A stretch of 64,000 nt of DNA from an uncultured virus (IMG/VR IMGVR_UViG_3300033074_001078) (IMGVR_UViG_3300033074_001078); one strand, 5' to 3'; counted from the stretch's first letter, positions 45,964 to 56,124 are shown. Numbers and translations are program-made. The notes: generated from the sequence alone by a model not told the origin.

Positions 45964-48500
45964 GTTACCTCTGCGTTCAGTCCATATAGCTGTTTCGTGC
46001 TTCCAGCCAAATTGAGAGTCTCAACTTTCCCGTTCATGGCATAAACCGTCTTCACGCTGGCGTTCATGGGGCGCACCACGTCCACGTCAGCGTTGAACAG
46101 GGAAATCAAGGCGTGCGTCGCGTCGAGGAAAAAGTCGGCGCGAAGGAACGAAGCCCCGATAACGTGCTGGTAGAAGGTGTCAGGGTCGTCGTAGCGGCTG
46201 GCAATCAGCGTGACGACCGTGCTCAGTGCATGGTTGTAGAAGCTATCAGCGTCGTCGTAACGGCTGCTTTGCGCCAGCGCCGTGACAGTCGTAAGCACAT
46301 GCCCAAAGAAGCTGTTCGCGTTGTCGAACCGCGCCGCCTGCGTGACCGTGACCGTGGTGCTGAGCGTGTGGTTATAGAAGCTGTTCGCGTTATCAAAGCG
46401 CGCGCTCTGCACCAGCGGCGTGACGGCCGTCAGGGTATGCGTGTAGAAGCTGTTCGCGTTGTCGAACCGTGCGGCCTGCGTAAGCGTGACAGGGCCGGTC
46501 GTAAGCGTGTGCGCGTAGAAGCTGTTCGAGTTGTCGAACCGCGTACCTTGGTTCAGGTTCTGTGCGCCACCAGCCTGATTGAGCGTGTGGCCATAGAACG
46601 TCGCAGCGTTGTCGAAGCGGGCGGTCTGAGTGAGCCCAAGGTGAGCCGCGTGCGTGTAGAACGTCGGCGCATTGTCGAACCGCGCCGCTTGGATCAAGCC
46701 GAGGTTGGCTTGGTGCGTGTAGAAGGTCGGGGCGTTATCGAAGCGGGCGCTCTGGGTAAGCGCGCGAGTCGTGGTCAGCACATGGGTATAGAACCCATCG
46801 GCATCGTCGTAGCGGGTCGCCTGCGCGAGCGCATAGGTAGCGCTCAGCGTGTGCGCGTAGAACGTTGGGGCGTTATCGAAGCGGGCGCTCTGGGTAAGCG
46901 CCACCGCACCGGGGGTGAGGACGTGCGTGTAGAACGTCTGTGCGTTGTCGAACCGCGCCGCTTGCGGCAAGCGGTGACTGAGGACGTGCGTGTAGAACGT
47001 CTGTGCGTTGTCGAAGCGGCTTGCCTGCGTGAGTGCAACCGTGGCGCTCAGCACATGGGTATAGAACGTCTGTGCGTTGTCGAACCGTGCGCTCTGCGTC
47101 AGGTTCTGAGTGCCACCGGCTTGGGAAAGCGTGTGTGCATAGAACGTTTGAGCGTTATCAAGGCGGCTTGCTTGCGTCAGGCCATGATTGGCTTGATGCG
47201 TGTAGAACGTTTGAGCGTTGTCGAACCGGCTTGCTTGCGGCAACCGATGACTGAGGAGGTGTGTGTAGAAGGTCGGCGCATTGTCGAACCGTGCGCTCTG
47301 AGTCAGGGCAACGGTCGTGCTCAGCGTGTGCGTGTAGAAGGTGTTCGCGTTATCAAAGCGGCTTGCTTGCGTGAGCGCGCGCGTTGTCGTCAATGTATGA
47401 TTGTAGAACGTTGGTGCGTTATCAAAACGCGCGCTTTGCGTGAGTGCGTAGGTTGGCGTCAGCGTGTGCGTGTAGAAGCTGTTCGCGTTGTCGAACCGCG
47501 CGCTTTGGGTCAGCGCTACTGTGGCGCTCAGCGTGTGCGTGTAGAACGTCTGGGCGTTGTCGAACCGCGCGTTTTGAACAAGGTCGTTGGCGCTGCCAGC
47601 GCTCAGCGTGTGCGTGTAGAACGTGTTGACATTGGTAAAGACGCCAGTCTGCGGGAGCAGACGGTTGGTTGCTTCTGCGAGCTCGATCGCCGCGACAGCA
47701 TAGGTATAGAGGCAGTCAACAGCACTGAACTCGACCGCAGTCGAGGCTCGGTTGCGACCAAGGATCAGCGTTGAAACGGTAGCAACGCCGACTTCCTCTT
47801 GGATTTGAACAAAGCCTGTACCGGCGTTGATCTTCGCTCCGGTTACGGGCGGGTCATTATCTACTGAGGCGACAGCGAGCACGTCGCTCGTCGTAACAGT
47901 AGCAGCACCAAAGTTGACGGTGAGCGCGCCTGTCCGGTTGTTTCCATTACTCGTAATCTGCCGGAGGACTGGCGTGGTGTTGTTCGTGTTGAGGTAAGCG
48001 TAAACCCAAACAGAGGCGTCCTGCGGGGCGTTGGCAAAGCTGACCGTGACCTGCATCGCCGTTGGTGAAGCACCAACCGGAGCAGTAGAGATGTGACCGT
48101 AAGCGTCGAACGTGCCGACCTGATATTCAGATTGCTGCGTCCACGTTAGACCACCACCTGTCGTAGTAGGATTAGGAGCTGCGGTTGCGCCGACACCTGC
48201 CACAAGAACGACGAGCGTGGAGTTTGCTGGTGGCGTGAACGACACCGACACCATAGACGCCGGGTCTTCTTGGTCAAACGCGCGGCTGATGAACACCGCG
48301 CGCAACGGACCTTCCATTGCAAGTGCTTGAGGGAAGGTGTTTACGTTTTCAAAGCGTTGCGTTTGAACGAGCGCGCCGCTGTTCTCGAGCGGCAACGGAT
48401 AGAGCGTTGCGTCGCCGTTGAACTTGCCAATGCGGTTCTTCCATTGATCGCGCGCTGGCGATCTAAAGGTAGCACCACCGATTCTAAACGGGGTGCTCAT
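45960..48500 (-). CDS. repeat-rich fibre-like structural protein
   Basis: 22 tandem LxQxxRFDNAxxFYxHxL repeats after a beta-rich N-terminal domain. Confidence 0.75.
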   Translation of the reverse strand: MSTPFRIGGATFRSPARDQWKNRIGKFNGDATLYPLPLENSGALVQTQRFENVNTFPQALAMEGPLRAVFISRAFDQEDPASMVSVSFTPPANSTLVVLVAGVGATAAPNPTTTGGGLTWTQQSEYQVGTFDAYGHISTAPVGASPTAMQVTVSFANAPQDASVWVYAYLNTNNTTPVLRQITSNGNNRTGALTVNFGAATVTTSDVLAVASVDNDPPVTGAKINAGTGFVQIQEEVGVATVSTLILGRNRASTAVEFSAVDCLYTYAVAAIELAEATNRLLPQTGVFTNVNTFYTHTLSAGSANDLVQNARFDNAQTFYTHTLSATVALTQSARFDNANSFYTHTLTPTYALTQSARFDNAPTFYNHTLTTTRALTQASRFDNANTFYTHTLSTTVALTQSARFDNAPTFYTHLLSHRLPQASRFDNAQTFYTHQANHGLTQASRLDNAQTFYAHTLSQAGGTQNLTQSARFDNAQTFYTHVLSATVALTQASRFDNAQTFYTHVLSHRLPQAARFDNAQTFYTHVLTPGAVALTQSARFDNAPTFYAHTLSATYALAQATRYDDADGFYTHVLTTTRALTQSARFDNAPTFYTHQANLGLIQAARFDNAPTFYTHAAHLGLTQTARFDNAATFYGHTLNQAGGAQNLNQGTRFDNSNSFYAHTLTTGPVTLTQAARFDNANSFYTHTLTAVTPLVQSARFDNANSFYNHTLSTTVTVTQAARFDNANSFFGHVLTTVTALAQSSRYDDADSFYNHALSTVVTLIASRYDDPDTFYQHVIGASFLRADFFLDATHALISLFNADVDVVRPMNASVKTVYAMNGKVETLNLAGSTKQLYGLNAEVT

Positions 48501-48503
48501 GGC

Positions 48504-49667
48504 TTATCCGCTGACGGCTTGAACCGTTCCCGTGTAGGTGATGCCGCCCGTTGCGGCAATGTGCGGCGTGTAGAACATGAGGCAAGCATCGGTGAGGATT
48601 TCTTGCAAGTTGAACGCCGAGTTGATACCATCGAGCACGAACGGAACGTTCGCAACCGGGAAAGGCATCATCGCAATCGCGTGAGCAATCCACCATGACG
48701 TGACGCCGGTAACAGATGTGATTGTGCTCTGCGCGACGTTGGTCAAGTAGCGTGCGCCCCGGTCGCCGGTGTTCATCGGCACGAACCACTGACCTGCAAC
48801 CGTTGGCGAGCGGCCTGCAACCGCGCTAACTGGCGCGGCATACGCCGCAGCCGCTTCAGCCGTGTTGCCTGCGTCATCAACGTAAGTGATTGTGAGGTTG
48901 TGCGCCGTGGCGCTGAGCGCGGTTGTGATTTCGCCGCTGATGAAGTTCCCAGGCGCAAGACCAGCCGTTTGATAACGAGTCGGCCGGTTGGCTGCGTCAA
49001 CCGCTGTTGACGTCGCCGTGGCGTGGTTGTAAGTCATGTCCCACAACCGGTCAGCAAGCATGAGCGACGAAACCGCTGTTGCTTGTCCTGTCCACGTTGT
49101 GAGGTGAAGTGTGTCACCAACATCGGGGTTTGATTGCCTAAGAGCGCCAGTCGTGGCGCGTGTGCAGGCGCGACCCGTTCCAGACGTACCGCCAACGCCG
49201 GATGCGACAGGAAGGTTGCCCACGTTGAAGCAGCTGAAAGCGTTGGCGACCGTGGTCGCTGTCGTTGCTACCTTGCTATAGAGCAGCATCTGGCTCTTGC
49301 CGCCAACCGTGGCTTCGGCAATGAGGTCAGACAGAGAGCTGAACGAGTGTAGCTTGGAGCTCTGGCGCTCAATGTATTTCCGCAGGACGCGGCGTTGTCG
49401 TTGCTCTGCAAAGTCAATCAGGTTGGCGAAACCACCACCTTCGATGGGACCGCAGAAGTCGCCACCAGGGGCGACGAACACTGCACCTGGAACACCAGCA
49501 AGCGCAACCGGCGGACCCTTCCAGTCACGGAACATGTGACTATAGACCTCGGTCTGGCCCTTGCCTAACCAGCGGTCGAGCTTGTCGCTATGCGTTCCCT
49601 TGAGGATTTGCTGACGCGACGGGAGTCGCATCGTGGCGCGCTCAAGTGTGTTTAGGGCAGATCGCAT
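48504..49667 (-). CDS. hypothetical, probably virion protein
   Basis: 387 aa with a Thr/Ala-rich beta-type C-terminal part. Confidence 0.6.
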   Translation of the reverse strand: MRSALNTLERATMRLPSRQQILKGTHSDKLDRWLGKGQTEVYSHMFRDWKGPPVALAGVPGAVFVAPGGDFCGPIEGGGFANLIDFAEQRQRRVLRKYIERQSSKLHSFSSLSDLIAEATVGGKSQMLLYSKVATTATTVANAFSCFNVGNLPVASGVGGTSGTGRACTRATTGALRQSNPDVGDTLHLTTWTGQATAVSSLMLADRLWDMTYNHATATSTAVDAANRPTRYQTAGLAPGNFISGEITTALSATAHNLTITYVDDAGNTAEAAAAYAAPVSAVAGRSPTVAGQWFVPMNTGDRGARYLTNVAQSTITSVTGVTSWWIAHAIAMMPFPVANVPFVLDGINSAFNLQEILTDACLMFYTPHIAATGGITYTGTVQAVSG

Positions 49668-49843
49668 TCCTCAACCTTCCCTAGCCATTCAAACGGGTCG
49701 TTTGGCGCTGGCGTGGTGGCGTCAGCCGCAACGTGTGGATCACCAAATCCAGTCTTCACAAACCGGATGTCGCGGTTGCACGTCGCGCAATGAAAGAGCG
49801 CTGATTGAGCAGCGTCCTCAGTCTTAGCCCAAGAGCAGGCCAT
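49652..49843 (-). CDS. small CxxC protein
   Basis: 63 aa with HCATC; GGAG RBS. Confidence 0.45.
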   Translation of the reverse strand: MACSWAKTEDAAQSALFHCATCNRDIRFVKTGFGDPHVAADATTPAPNDPFEWLGKVEECDLP

Positions 49844-49860
49844 GTTCTAGCTCCATTGGG

Positions 49861-50280
49861 TTACAGAGCGAAGATACCAGTCGCGTTCCAAGCGATGGTG
49901 ATGTTGCCACCGTTCGGCGTGACCGGGAGGCCGGTGATGTTCGTGTCGAGGAACACAACCAGCGGGTCAGTGGAGTTCGCGCCAGCGGTATCAACATAGA
50001 GCACGACCGCTTCGCAAGATGCACCAGACACCGAGGTGAAGGTCACGTCATCCGCATCGAAGATGCCGTTGGTGACCGTCTTGGTTGTGAGCGTGACCGG
50101 CGTGCCGACGACTGCCGTCGAAATGTCATCATAGAAGTCGTGTGCGGCGTTATACGCAACCGTTCCCGTATCGACGAGCGCAGCCTTGACCACGCCAGTC
50201 GCCAGCGAAGTCGCGTCGCGCGCTGCACCTGTCGCGCCGAGGAGCTGCTCTTTGTACTTGGGATAGACTGCGTTCGCCAT
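49861..50280 (-). CDS. small beta-rich virion structural protein
   Basis: MANAVYPKYKE...FDADDVTF...GLPVTPNGGNITIAWNATGIFAL. Confidence 0.7.
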   Translation of the reverse strand: MANAVYPKYKEQLLGATGAARDATSLATGVVKAALVDTGTVAYNAAHDFYDDISTAVVGTPVTLTTKTVTNGIFDADDVTFTSVSGASCEAVVLYVDTAGANSTDPLVVFLDTNITGLPVTPNGGNITIAWNATGIFAL

Positions 50281-50289
50281 GACGTGCTC

Positions 50290-50529
50290 CTACTTGTTTC
50301 CGGGCGACACCTGTTGCTTGATCTCTGTAGCGTGCTTCCAGGCGACCTTGTCTTTCATCTTCTCTACGGCGCGCTCTATCAGTTTGACAACGCGCACTCT
50401 TTCTTCATTCGTGGTTAGGGGTTGAGGGGTGTCCACGTTCACTGCGACGTAATCCTTATCGGCGTCGTAATAGACGCTGATGCTGGCAACGCGGACAGTG
50501 CGATAAACGGTTGCGCCTTTGAATTCCAT
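50290..50529 (-). CDS. hypothetical protein
   Basis: 79-aa ORF. Confidence 0.5.
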   Translation of the reverse strand: MEFKGATVYRTVRVASISVYYDADKDYVAVNVDTPQPLTTNEERVRVVKLIERAVEKMKDKVAWKHATEIKQQVSPGNK

Positions 50530-50550
50530 GGTCTGGCCTTTCGATGGAAC

Positions 50551-50584
50551 AAAAAGGCCGGTGACATTGCTGCCACCGGCCTTT
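50551..50584 (-). terminator. rho-independent terminator
   Basis: AAAGGCCGGTG/CACCGGCCTTT stem followed by a T-tract. Confidence 0.75.
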
Positions 50585-50606
50585 GACTTCTTAGGTGAGC
50601 CGGCGA

Positions 50607-50786
50607 TCAGCGGCCTTTCGGCGCGGCCTTGGCTTTCTTCGCTTTCGGCGCGGCCTTGGCTTTCGGCGCTTCTGCTTGGGCTAACACCGACGCGGCGAGC
50701 TGCTTGGTTTCGTCGTCGGAATACGGCTTGCCCTTGAGAATGCGCGCGGCGATGCCCGCGATTTTCTTACCTGACACTTTACTCAT
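50607..50786 (-). CDS. 59-aa Lys/Ala-rich basic protein (not in the ORF track)
   Basis: AGGAGG RBS, ATGA overlap with the portal stop; MSKVSGKKIAG...APKAKAAPKAKKAKAAPKGR. Confidence 0.7.
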   Translation of the reverse strand: MSKVSGKKIAGIAARILKGKPYSDDETKQLAASVLAQAEAPKAKAAPKAKKAKAAPKGR

Positions 50787-52381
50787 TTCGGCCTCCTACG
50801 TTTACTCACCCGCTTCTTTGCGGCTGGAGGTTTCACCTTAGCAGGCTTTTTCTTTGGCGCACCACCCTCATCTTCATCTGAAGGTACTTCGCCGTCCTCG
50901 TTACTATCGTCTGGTTCGTTGTCGTCCGTGACGTCTTCAGGGTTGGTGTTGGGATCTAGCTCAGGAGGCACATCACCAGGGAGCGGACCGAACTCGTCGC
51001 GAAGTTCCTGTTGCTGCACCATCACCTCGTCGAGCTTGGGTTGACGACTCAAGCCGAGCAAGCCGCGCACCTCGTCAATCGCCGGGTCATCCGGGGTAAG
51101 CGGCGCACCAGCCGTTGACAGATCAACCAGTGCAGCGGTCACCTGCTCAACGTCGCGGTACTGTATAGCATCCGTCTTAAACGTCGGGCAGAAGCGTTCT
51201 TCGATACCATTGAGCCGTAGCAAGGGCTTCGCGTAGTCAGCCTCGTAAACTTCGGCCAGCTCACCTAGAGCCGATTCGACCAGCAACCCAAATGAGTGTG
51301 ACTTATCGCGGCTGAGCGCTTGGCTTCCTTGACCATTGCCCAAGAGCAAGCCTTCAACACCTAGCACGCGCGCGATCTCACGGTTCAAGCGTTCAATGGC
51401 TGCGGCCATTTCGGCTTGCGACGTAACGCTGGCGTTGAGCAGCTCCAGGCCGAAGTGACGGTTGGGTGAAGGCGTGCGGTCATCATTGTCAGTGCGATAA
51501 ACGCCTGAGTCAATCACGATTGCGCGTTGCGGCGTCTTGTAATGGGCGCGCGCAAAGTTGACGATGTCCTCGGTTGCCTTGGTCGCTTCAGCATCGGTGA
51601 GGAGGCCCATTCCCTTGAGCCTGTTGATCTCGGCAAACGGCGCGGTCGCAACGAGGTTGCCGCGCAAGTCACCCTCAAAGCCATAGCCCTCCAGCGTCTC
51701 GAACGCTGACAGGCGGCTAACGTGCTTGACGACGTGACGTAGCAGGCCGACGCCTTCTGGTGACGATGAAAGCGTGTCGTCGAGCGCATAGATGAGCTTC
51801 GTGCGCGGGATGTAAGCCTCACGCGACATCATGCCGTGCGTTTCCTGCCACACGCCCTTGACAGTACCGCCTTCATCCAGGTCCCATTTACTGATCGTGT
51901 GCTGCGGCCTGGATTCAACGTCGAGGATGCCGATAGCACCGTCCTCGCGGCGCTTGGCGGTCCACTCTTGCAGGCTGAAGCCATACAGGCGATAGATCGC
52001 CGCCTTGCGGATGACGCGCGTCCAAGGCGTGGTCATGTCATACATGCACGCTTCAACCAGCTCGGCGGCTTCCTCAGCGCGGGCTTGGTCACCAGCGTCT
52101 TCCATCTCCGCCGGTTCCACTTTCCAGTTTGGCTTGGACACGAGGTTGAGGAAATAGCGCACACCAGACGCGACGATGCTGGTGTTGAGCATGGTGTTGT
52201 AGAACGTGGTGTAGCGCTGCGAGCCTTGAAGCTCCGGCGCACGCTCGCCGTCACCGGCATAGTTGCCACCCCACGACGACAGGCCGGTTGAGCCAATCGT
52301 CTTGAACGCGCTCGCCTTGGCAATATCATCAGCCGTCGGAACCGGGGCTGGTGTTTTCTTGCGCGCCGCTGCCATGCTCAA
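50783..52381 (-). CDS. portal protein
   Basis: follows terL; YGFSLQE, PEGVGLLR and GSQALS; acidic then basic tail. Confidence 0.85.
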   Translation of the reverse strand: MSMAAARKKTPAPVPTADDIAKASAFKTIGSTGLSSWGGNYAGDGERAPELQGSQRYTTFYNTMLNTSIVASGVRYFLNLVSKPNWKVEPAEMEDAGDQARAEEAAELVEACMYDMTTPWTRVIRKAAIYRLYGFSLQEWTAKRREDGAIGILDVESRPQHTISKWDLDEGGTVKGVWQETHGMMSREAYIPRTKLIYALDDTLSSSPEGVGLLRHVVKHVSRLSAFETLEGYGFEGDLRGNLVATAPFAEINRLKGMGLLTDAEATKATEDIVNFARAHYKTPQRAIVIDSGVYRTDNDDRTPSPNRHFGLELLNASVTSQAEMAAAIERLNREIARVLGVEGLLLGNGQGSQALSRDKSHSFGLLVESALGELAEVYEADYAKPLLRLNGIEERFCPTFKTDAIQYRDVEQVTAALVDLSTAGAPLTPDDPAIDEVRGLLGLSRQPKLDEVMVQQQELRDEFGPLPGDVPPELDPNTNPEDVTDDNEPDDSNEDGEVPSDEDEGGAPKKKPAKVKPPAAKKRVSKRRRPK

Positions 52382-52387
52382 CCCCTG

Positions 52388-54130
52388 TTAGGACACTGCA
52401 CTCTCAGGGATGGATACACCACCGCCGATCGAAACTGGACCCTGCTTCATTTTGAGGAGCTCGGTGTAAGCCCTCGTCGATGCGTCAACTTGATCCTTGA
52501 AACCTCGTGGGAAGGTTTCAAGTTCGGCTAAATAATCCGCATTCCAGTCGCCCTCAACAAGGAAAACATTTCCAGCTTCCACTTGTGACACGAGCGGGAT
52601 TGCTCTGTCTTCCTTGCTGCCCGACTCGGGGCTAAAGCGCACGTCGAACCCATGCAAGAGCTTCGCATAGCTCAGCACTTGCGCCACGCCTGCTTGACCA
52701 GGGTCTTGCGGGATGCTGATACGCACACGCTGACCGTCTTGCGTTGCCGTGTTCTTGATGAGCGTTTCGACATCGGCTGGACCTATGCGCTTGCGGCTGA
52801 CGTGCATGATGTAGATTGCACCGTCCACCAGTCGCATACGAACGCCGCTTGTGTAAGCACCACCAGTCGTCTTCGCTTGGCCAGCCTTGGCCTTGGTTGC
52901 GGCCAAGTCGTAACCGCGCACGTCGCGGCCTCCAACCGGCGCGACCTTGACGATGCTGATTTTGCTGATGTCAAACATACCACCGCCGCGCGGCGAAGGG
53001 CGCTGTTGGAACTGACCCGCCGCAGCGTATTCGCCAAGCACCTTCTTATCACGTTCGACCACCTCCTCGGTGAAGCGGTCGGGCCATAGCAGTTCGCCTT
53101 CGGCATAGCGAATGTCCTGCGGATACAGGAAGCGCGCTCCTTCGTCGTCTGGCGTGCATTGCCGCCACTGCCCTTGCTGCCACCCTTCAGCCTCGACCGG
53201 GTCAGCAGGCTTCTTCTGCGTGACCCAAGCAGGCTCCGACTCCCGCGTCTTAGGCTTGAGCTTGGTGTAGCTGATACGCTTCGGCTCGAACTCCATCGGC
53301 AAGTTGAGGTGCTCATAGCCGAGGTCGCGCGTAAGTATGAGGCCGCTGATGTCGTGTTGATGCACGCGCTGCATGATGACCACGATGCTGCTCTTCGCAG
53401 GGTCGCTCATGCGGGTTGGTAGCGTTTCGGTAAAGAACAACCGCGCCTCTTCGCGCTTGGCTTCCGACTCTGCTTCCTTCACCGAGTGAGGGTCATCGAG
53501 TACGACACGGTCACCGCGCCAGCCGGTGCTTGAGCCACCAATGGACGTTGCAAGACGATAGCCGCTGTGGTCGTTGTCGAACTTCACCTTGGCGTTCTGG
53601 TCACCAGACAGCTGGAACTGATCGCCCCATAAGCGGCGATATCCAGGCGACTCAAGTAGCTGGCGCGCGCGCCGGTTGTCACGGATGGTGAGGTCAGCGT
53701 TGTAACTGAAGAACAGGTAGCGCAACGCTGGAAGGTTGAGCGGACCCCATTCCCATGAAGGCCAGAAGACGCATGTGGTGAGCGACTTCATAAAGCCTGG
53801 AGGCACGTTCATCAGCAGGCGTGGGATTTCGCCGCGTGACACTGCTTCAAGGTGCTCGCATATTGCTTCGATGTGCCAACCACCAACGAACGGTCGCCCC
53901 GGTTCAAGCACGCTCCACGCGAACTGAACAAAGTAGTAGAGGCTCAGCTTGGAGCGGCCTTTGCGTGCGTCATCAAGCGCTTTAACCCGCGCTTCAACGC
54001 TATGCTCAAGCCCGTTGATTTGATCAGTGCGATGCGGGTTGATGTGTCGATACTTGTCAAGCAAGGCTTGTTCCTGCGGCGTAGGGCCGGGAATATCGAA
54101 CGCGTCACCGCCTATACCACCGATAGCCAT
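52388..54130 (-). CDS. terL: terminase large subunit
   Basis: NVPPGFMKS, VLDDPH, MQRVH, YDLAAT and DQVDA. Confidence 0.93.
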   Translation of the reverse strand: MAIGGIGGDAFDIPGPTPQEQALLDKYRHINPHRTDQINGLEHSVEARVKALDDARKGRSKLSLYYFVQFAWSVLEPGRPFVGGWHIEAICEHLEAVSRGEIPRLLMNVPPGFMKSLTTCVFWPSWEWGPLNLPALRYLFFSYNADLTIRDNRRARQLLESPGYRRLWGDQFQLSGDQNAKVKFDNDHSGYRLATSIGGSSTGWRGDRVVLDDPHSVKEAESEAKREEARLFFTETLPTRMSDPAKSSIVVIMQRVHQHDISGLILTRDLGYEHLNLPMEFEPKRISYTKLKPKTRESEPAWVTQKKPADPVEAEGWQQGQWRQCTPDDEGARFLYPQDIRYAEGELLWPDRFTEEVVERDKKVLGEYAAAGQFQQRPSPRGGGMFDISKISIVKVAPVGGRDVRGYDLAATKAKAGQAKTTGGAYTSGVRMRLVDGAIYIMHVSRKRIGPADVETLIKNTATQDGQRVRISIPQDPGQAGVAQVLSYAKLLHGFDVRFSPESGSKEDRAIPLVSQVEAGNVFLVEGDWNADYLAELETFPRGFKDQVDASTRAYTELLKMKQGPVSIGGGVSIPESAVS

Positions 54131-54957
54131 CAGTCGTCGTCGCCTTTGTCATGTTCTTGCGTGTCGAAGTACTTGACGTCAGCGGCTTGGCGCTTGGTCT
54201 CAAGCTCCATCGCGCTGAACAACGGTTCCCCATCGAACGGCTCAAGTTCTTTGGCCAGCGCGGCTTCTTCAGCGTTCACTTCGGCCTGCGCTTCAAGCAG
54301 CAACGGCGCTCGCTCATGTGGCGCAAGTGTTGGTCCACCAGGAAGCGACGTGCGCCGCGCCGTCACCAACGCGGGGACTTCTTCTAGCGACATATCCGGT
54401 GGACTGTCCACTTGACTGGCGAGCAGGCGTTCCAGGTCAGCAAGACCTTTGTCATCACCACTATTGGTGAGGTTCACAATCATCGTGTTGATCAACGTGT
54501 TGTTACCAGCGCCGCCAGCGAGCGCCGAGCCGTCTGGATTTTGAACCGTCACCGTGCTGGTGCTGGCGCTGTACTCAGGGTCATGCTTCTTAGCCCAGAG
54601 CTCAAGAAGCCGATCGGAGTAACGGCGAATCGTCCCTACCTTGCCGCCCTTGAAGAACACCGGCTCTTCCCATCCGTGGATTGCACGTTGCTCAACAGCA
54701 CGGTTCACCACGAAATCACGGTAGATAGCGCGCGCCTCTTGCATCTCTTGACGGAAGACGGGGTAGAGGGCGGCATAGTGATCGACCGTGGTCGAGGTCA
54801 ACCCAACAGAAAGCGCGGCTTCAGTGGGACGACCGGTTTCTGCTAGAACCTTGAGGAAAGCACGGCGCACCTCAGGGCTGTCTAGTTTGCTGTTGCGCTT
54901 ATGCATGACACTGAATGCGCCGCGCGGGACAATGGGTTGTGGTTTCTCGTCCATCAT
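54130..54957 (-). CDS. terS: terminase small subunit
   Basis: HTH-like FLKVLAETG...AA and RAIHGWEEPVF...YSDRLL; directly upstream of terL. Confidence 0.75.
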   Translation of the reverse strand: MMDEKPQPIVPRGAFSVMHKRNSKLDSPEVRRAFLKVLAETGRPTEAALSVGLTSTTVDHYAALYPVFRQEMQEARAIYRDFVVNRAVEQRAIHGWEEPVFFKGGKVGTIRRYSDRLLELWAKKHDPEYSASTSTVTVQNPDGSALAGGAGNNTLINTMIVNLTNSGDDKGLADLERLLASQVDSPPDMSLEEVPALVTARRTSLPGGPTLAPHERAPLLLEAQAEVNAEEAALAKELEPFDGEPLFSAMELETKRQAADVKYFDTQEHDKGDDD

Positions 54958-55115
54958 TTCTTCCGTGCGCGCGTAGTTCTTCAAGGCATGTGCGCGACGT
55001 GAGCCTCCATAATGCAGCCCAAAGCAGAATGAAAGCACTTGTGCTCCCAGCCGGTGCTGAAGTAGGAGGGACTCGCTGCCCAAGCTACGCGCTCAGCGCA
55101 CCGCCCCGGTCAGTG

Positions 55116-55398
55116 TGTCAACGTGTCAACCTTCGACACGTTCCAAATCCAAGGTTGACACCGAGGTTGACACACACAAGGGTTTGATAAGCGGGTCGCA
55201 ACGTCACCCAAGTGTCAACCTGTCAACCTTTTGCGACGCCTGAGATCGCCACGGCCATTTACTTTCCGTTTTACTTTTAATCTTAAATAGAAAAAGAGGT
55301 TGACAGGTTGACACAACACTTGTGAACCGTCGAAAATACGACCAAAAAGGTTGACACTGAAGGTTGACACAGCACCGAAAAAGGTTGACAGGTTGACA
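55116..55398. repeat. array of 12 GTTGACA/TGTCAAC heptamers around an AT-rich stretch
   Basis: copies at 55116, 55124, 55154, 55166, 55213, 55221, 55299, 55307, 55350, 55363, 55384 and 55392. Confidence 0.92.
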
Positions 55399-55405
55399 CA
55401 ACTCT

Positions 55406-55452
55406 TCGATCATAAAGCGTATCTTTTCGTTAATGACTGTCTTTATGATCGA
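55406..55452. repeat. 12-bp perfect inverted repeat
   Basis: TCGATCATAAAG-23 nt-CTTTATGATCGA. Confidence 0.85.
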
Positions 55453-55590
55453 GGACTTCCCTCAAGTGTAATGCAGCGTTACACTCACAAATCTGCGCCG
55501 ATGTAAGCGGAGCGCGGAGAATCCAGCCTTGCGGCGTACCCTCTTGGGCTGTTACCGAGTGAGCTGTACTGCCACGGCAAGGAGCCAACC

Positions 55591-56091
55591 ATGTTCGACA
55601 AGAACATCCATATCCACATGCCGGGGTCCGCCGCTGCGGCGGAGGAAGTGCTTAAAGCCATCAAGGAGGCAAGAACCGAAATGTCAGAAGCGATGAACGC
55701 CATGCGACGCGAAGTCGCAGAGAGCCGCACCGTTACCGAATCAGCCTTGACGGCATTCACCGGGATCACCAGCCGTCTGCAAACGGCGCTTGACAGCCTT
55801 GCCGCTAGGGGTATCGAGGAAGCCGAGCTGACCAGCCTTGCCGCTGATCTGAACCAACAGCAAGAGCTCCTCGCGGCGGCGGTTGCCGCTGGCACATACG
55901 CCGATCCGGCCGCACCAGCACCAGCACCGGAGCCGCCGCTGCCCGCGCCTGAGGTGATCGTCCAGCCGTTGCCGGACCCAATCACCGGCGAGGGTGGAAC
56001 GAGCGGTGAAGGCGGCGCACCAGCCCCGGCCGAAGAGCCGGCTCCAATCGTCGAACCAGCGCCGGACCCAAACAACCCGCCGCAGACGTAA
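55591..56091 (+). CDS. coiled-coil protein with Pro/Glu-rich tail
   Basis: AAGGAG RBS; fills a gap in the minus-strand gene run. Confidence 0.75.
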   Translation: MFDKNIHIHMPGSAAAAEEVLKAIKEARTEMSEAMNAMRREVAESRTVTESALTAFTGITSRLQTALDSLAARGIEEAELTSLAADLNQQQELLAAAVAAGTYADPAAPAPAPEPPLPAPEVIVQPLPDPITGEGGTSGEGGAPAPAEEPAPIVEPAPDPNNPPQT

Positions 56092-56124
56092 AGCCCGCGC
56101 CGCAAAGCACGTTAGGAGCAGCGC

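Noticed and set aside
46113..47774. 553-aa plus-strand ORF and CRISPR-like periodic DNA repeats
   Set aside because: the repeats are in-frame protein repeats with synonymous variation; no unique spacers and no cas genes
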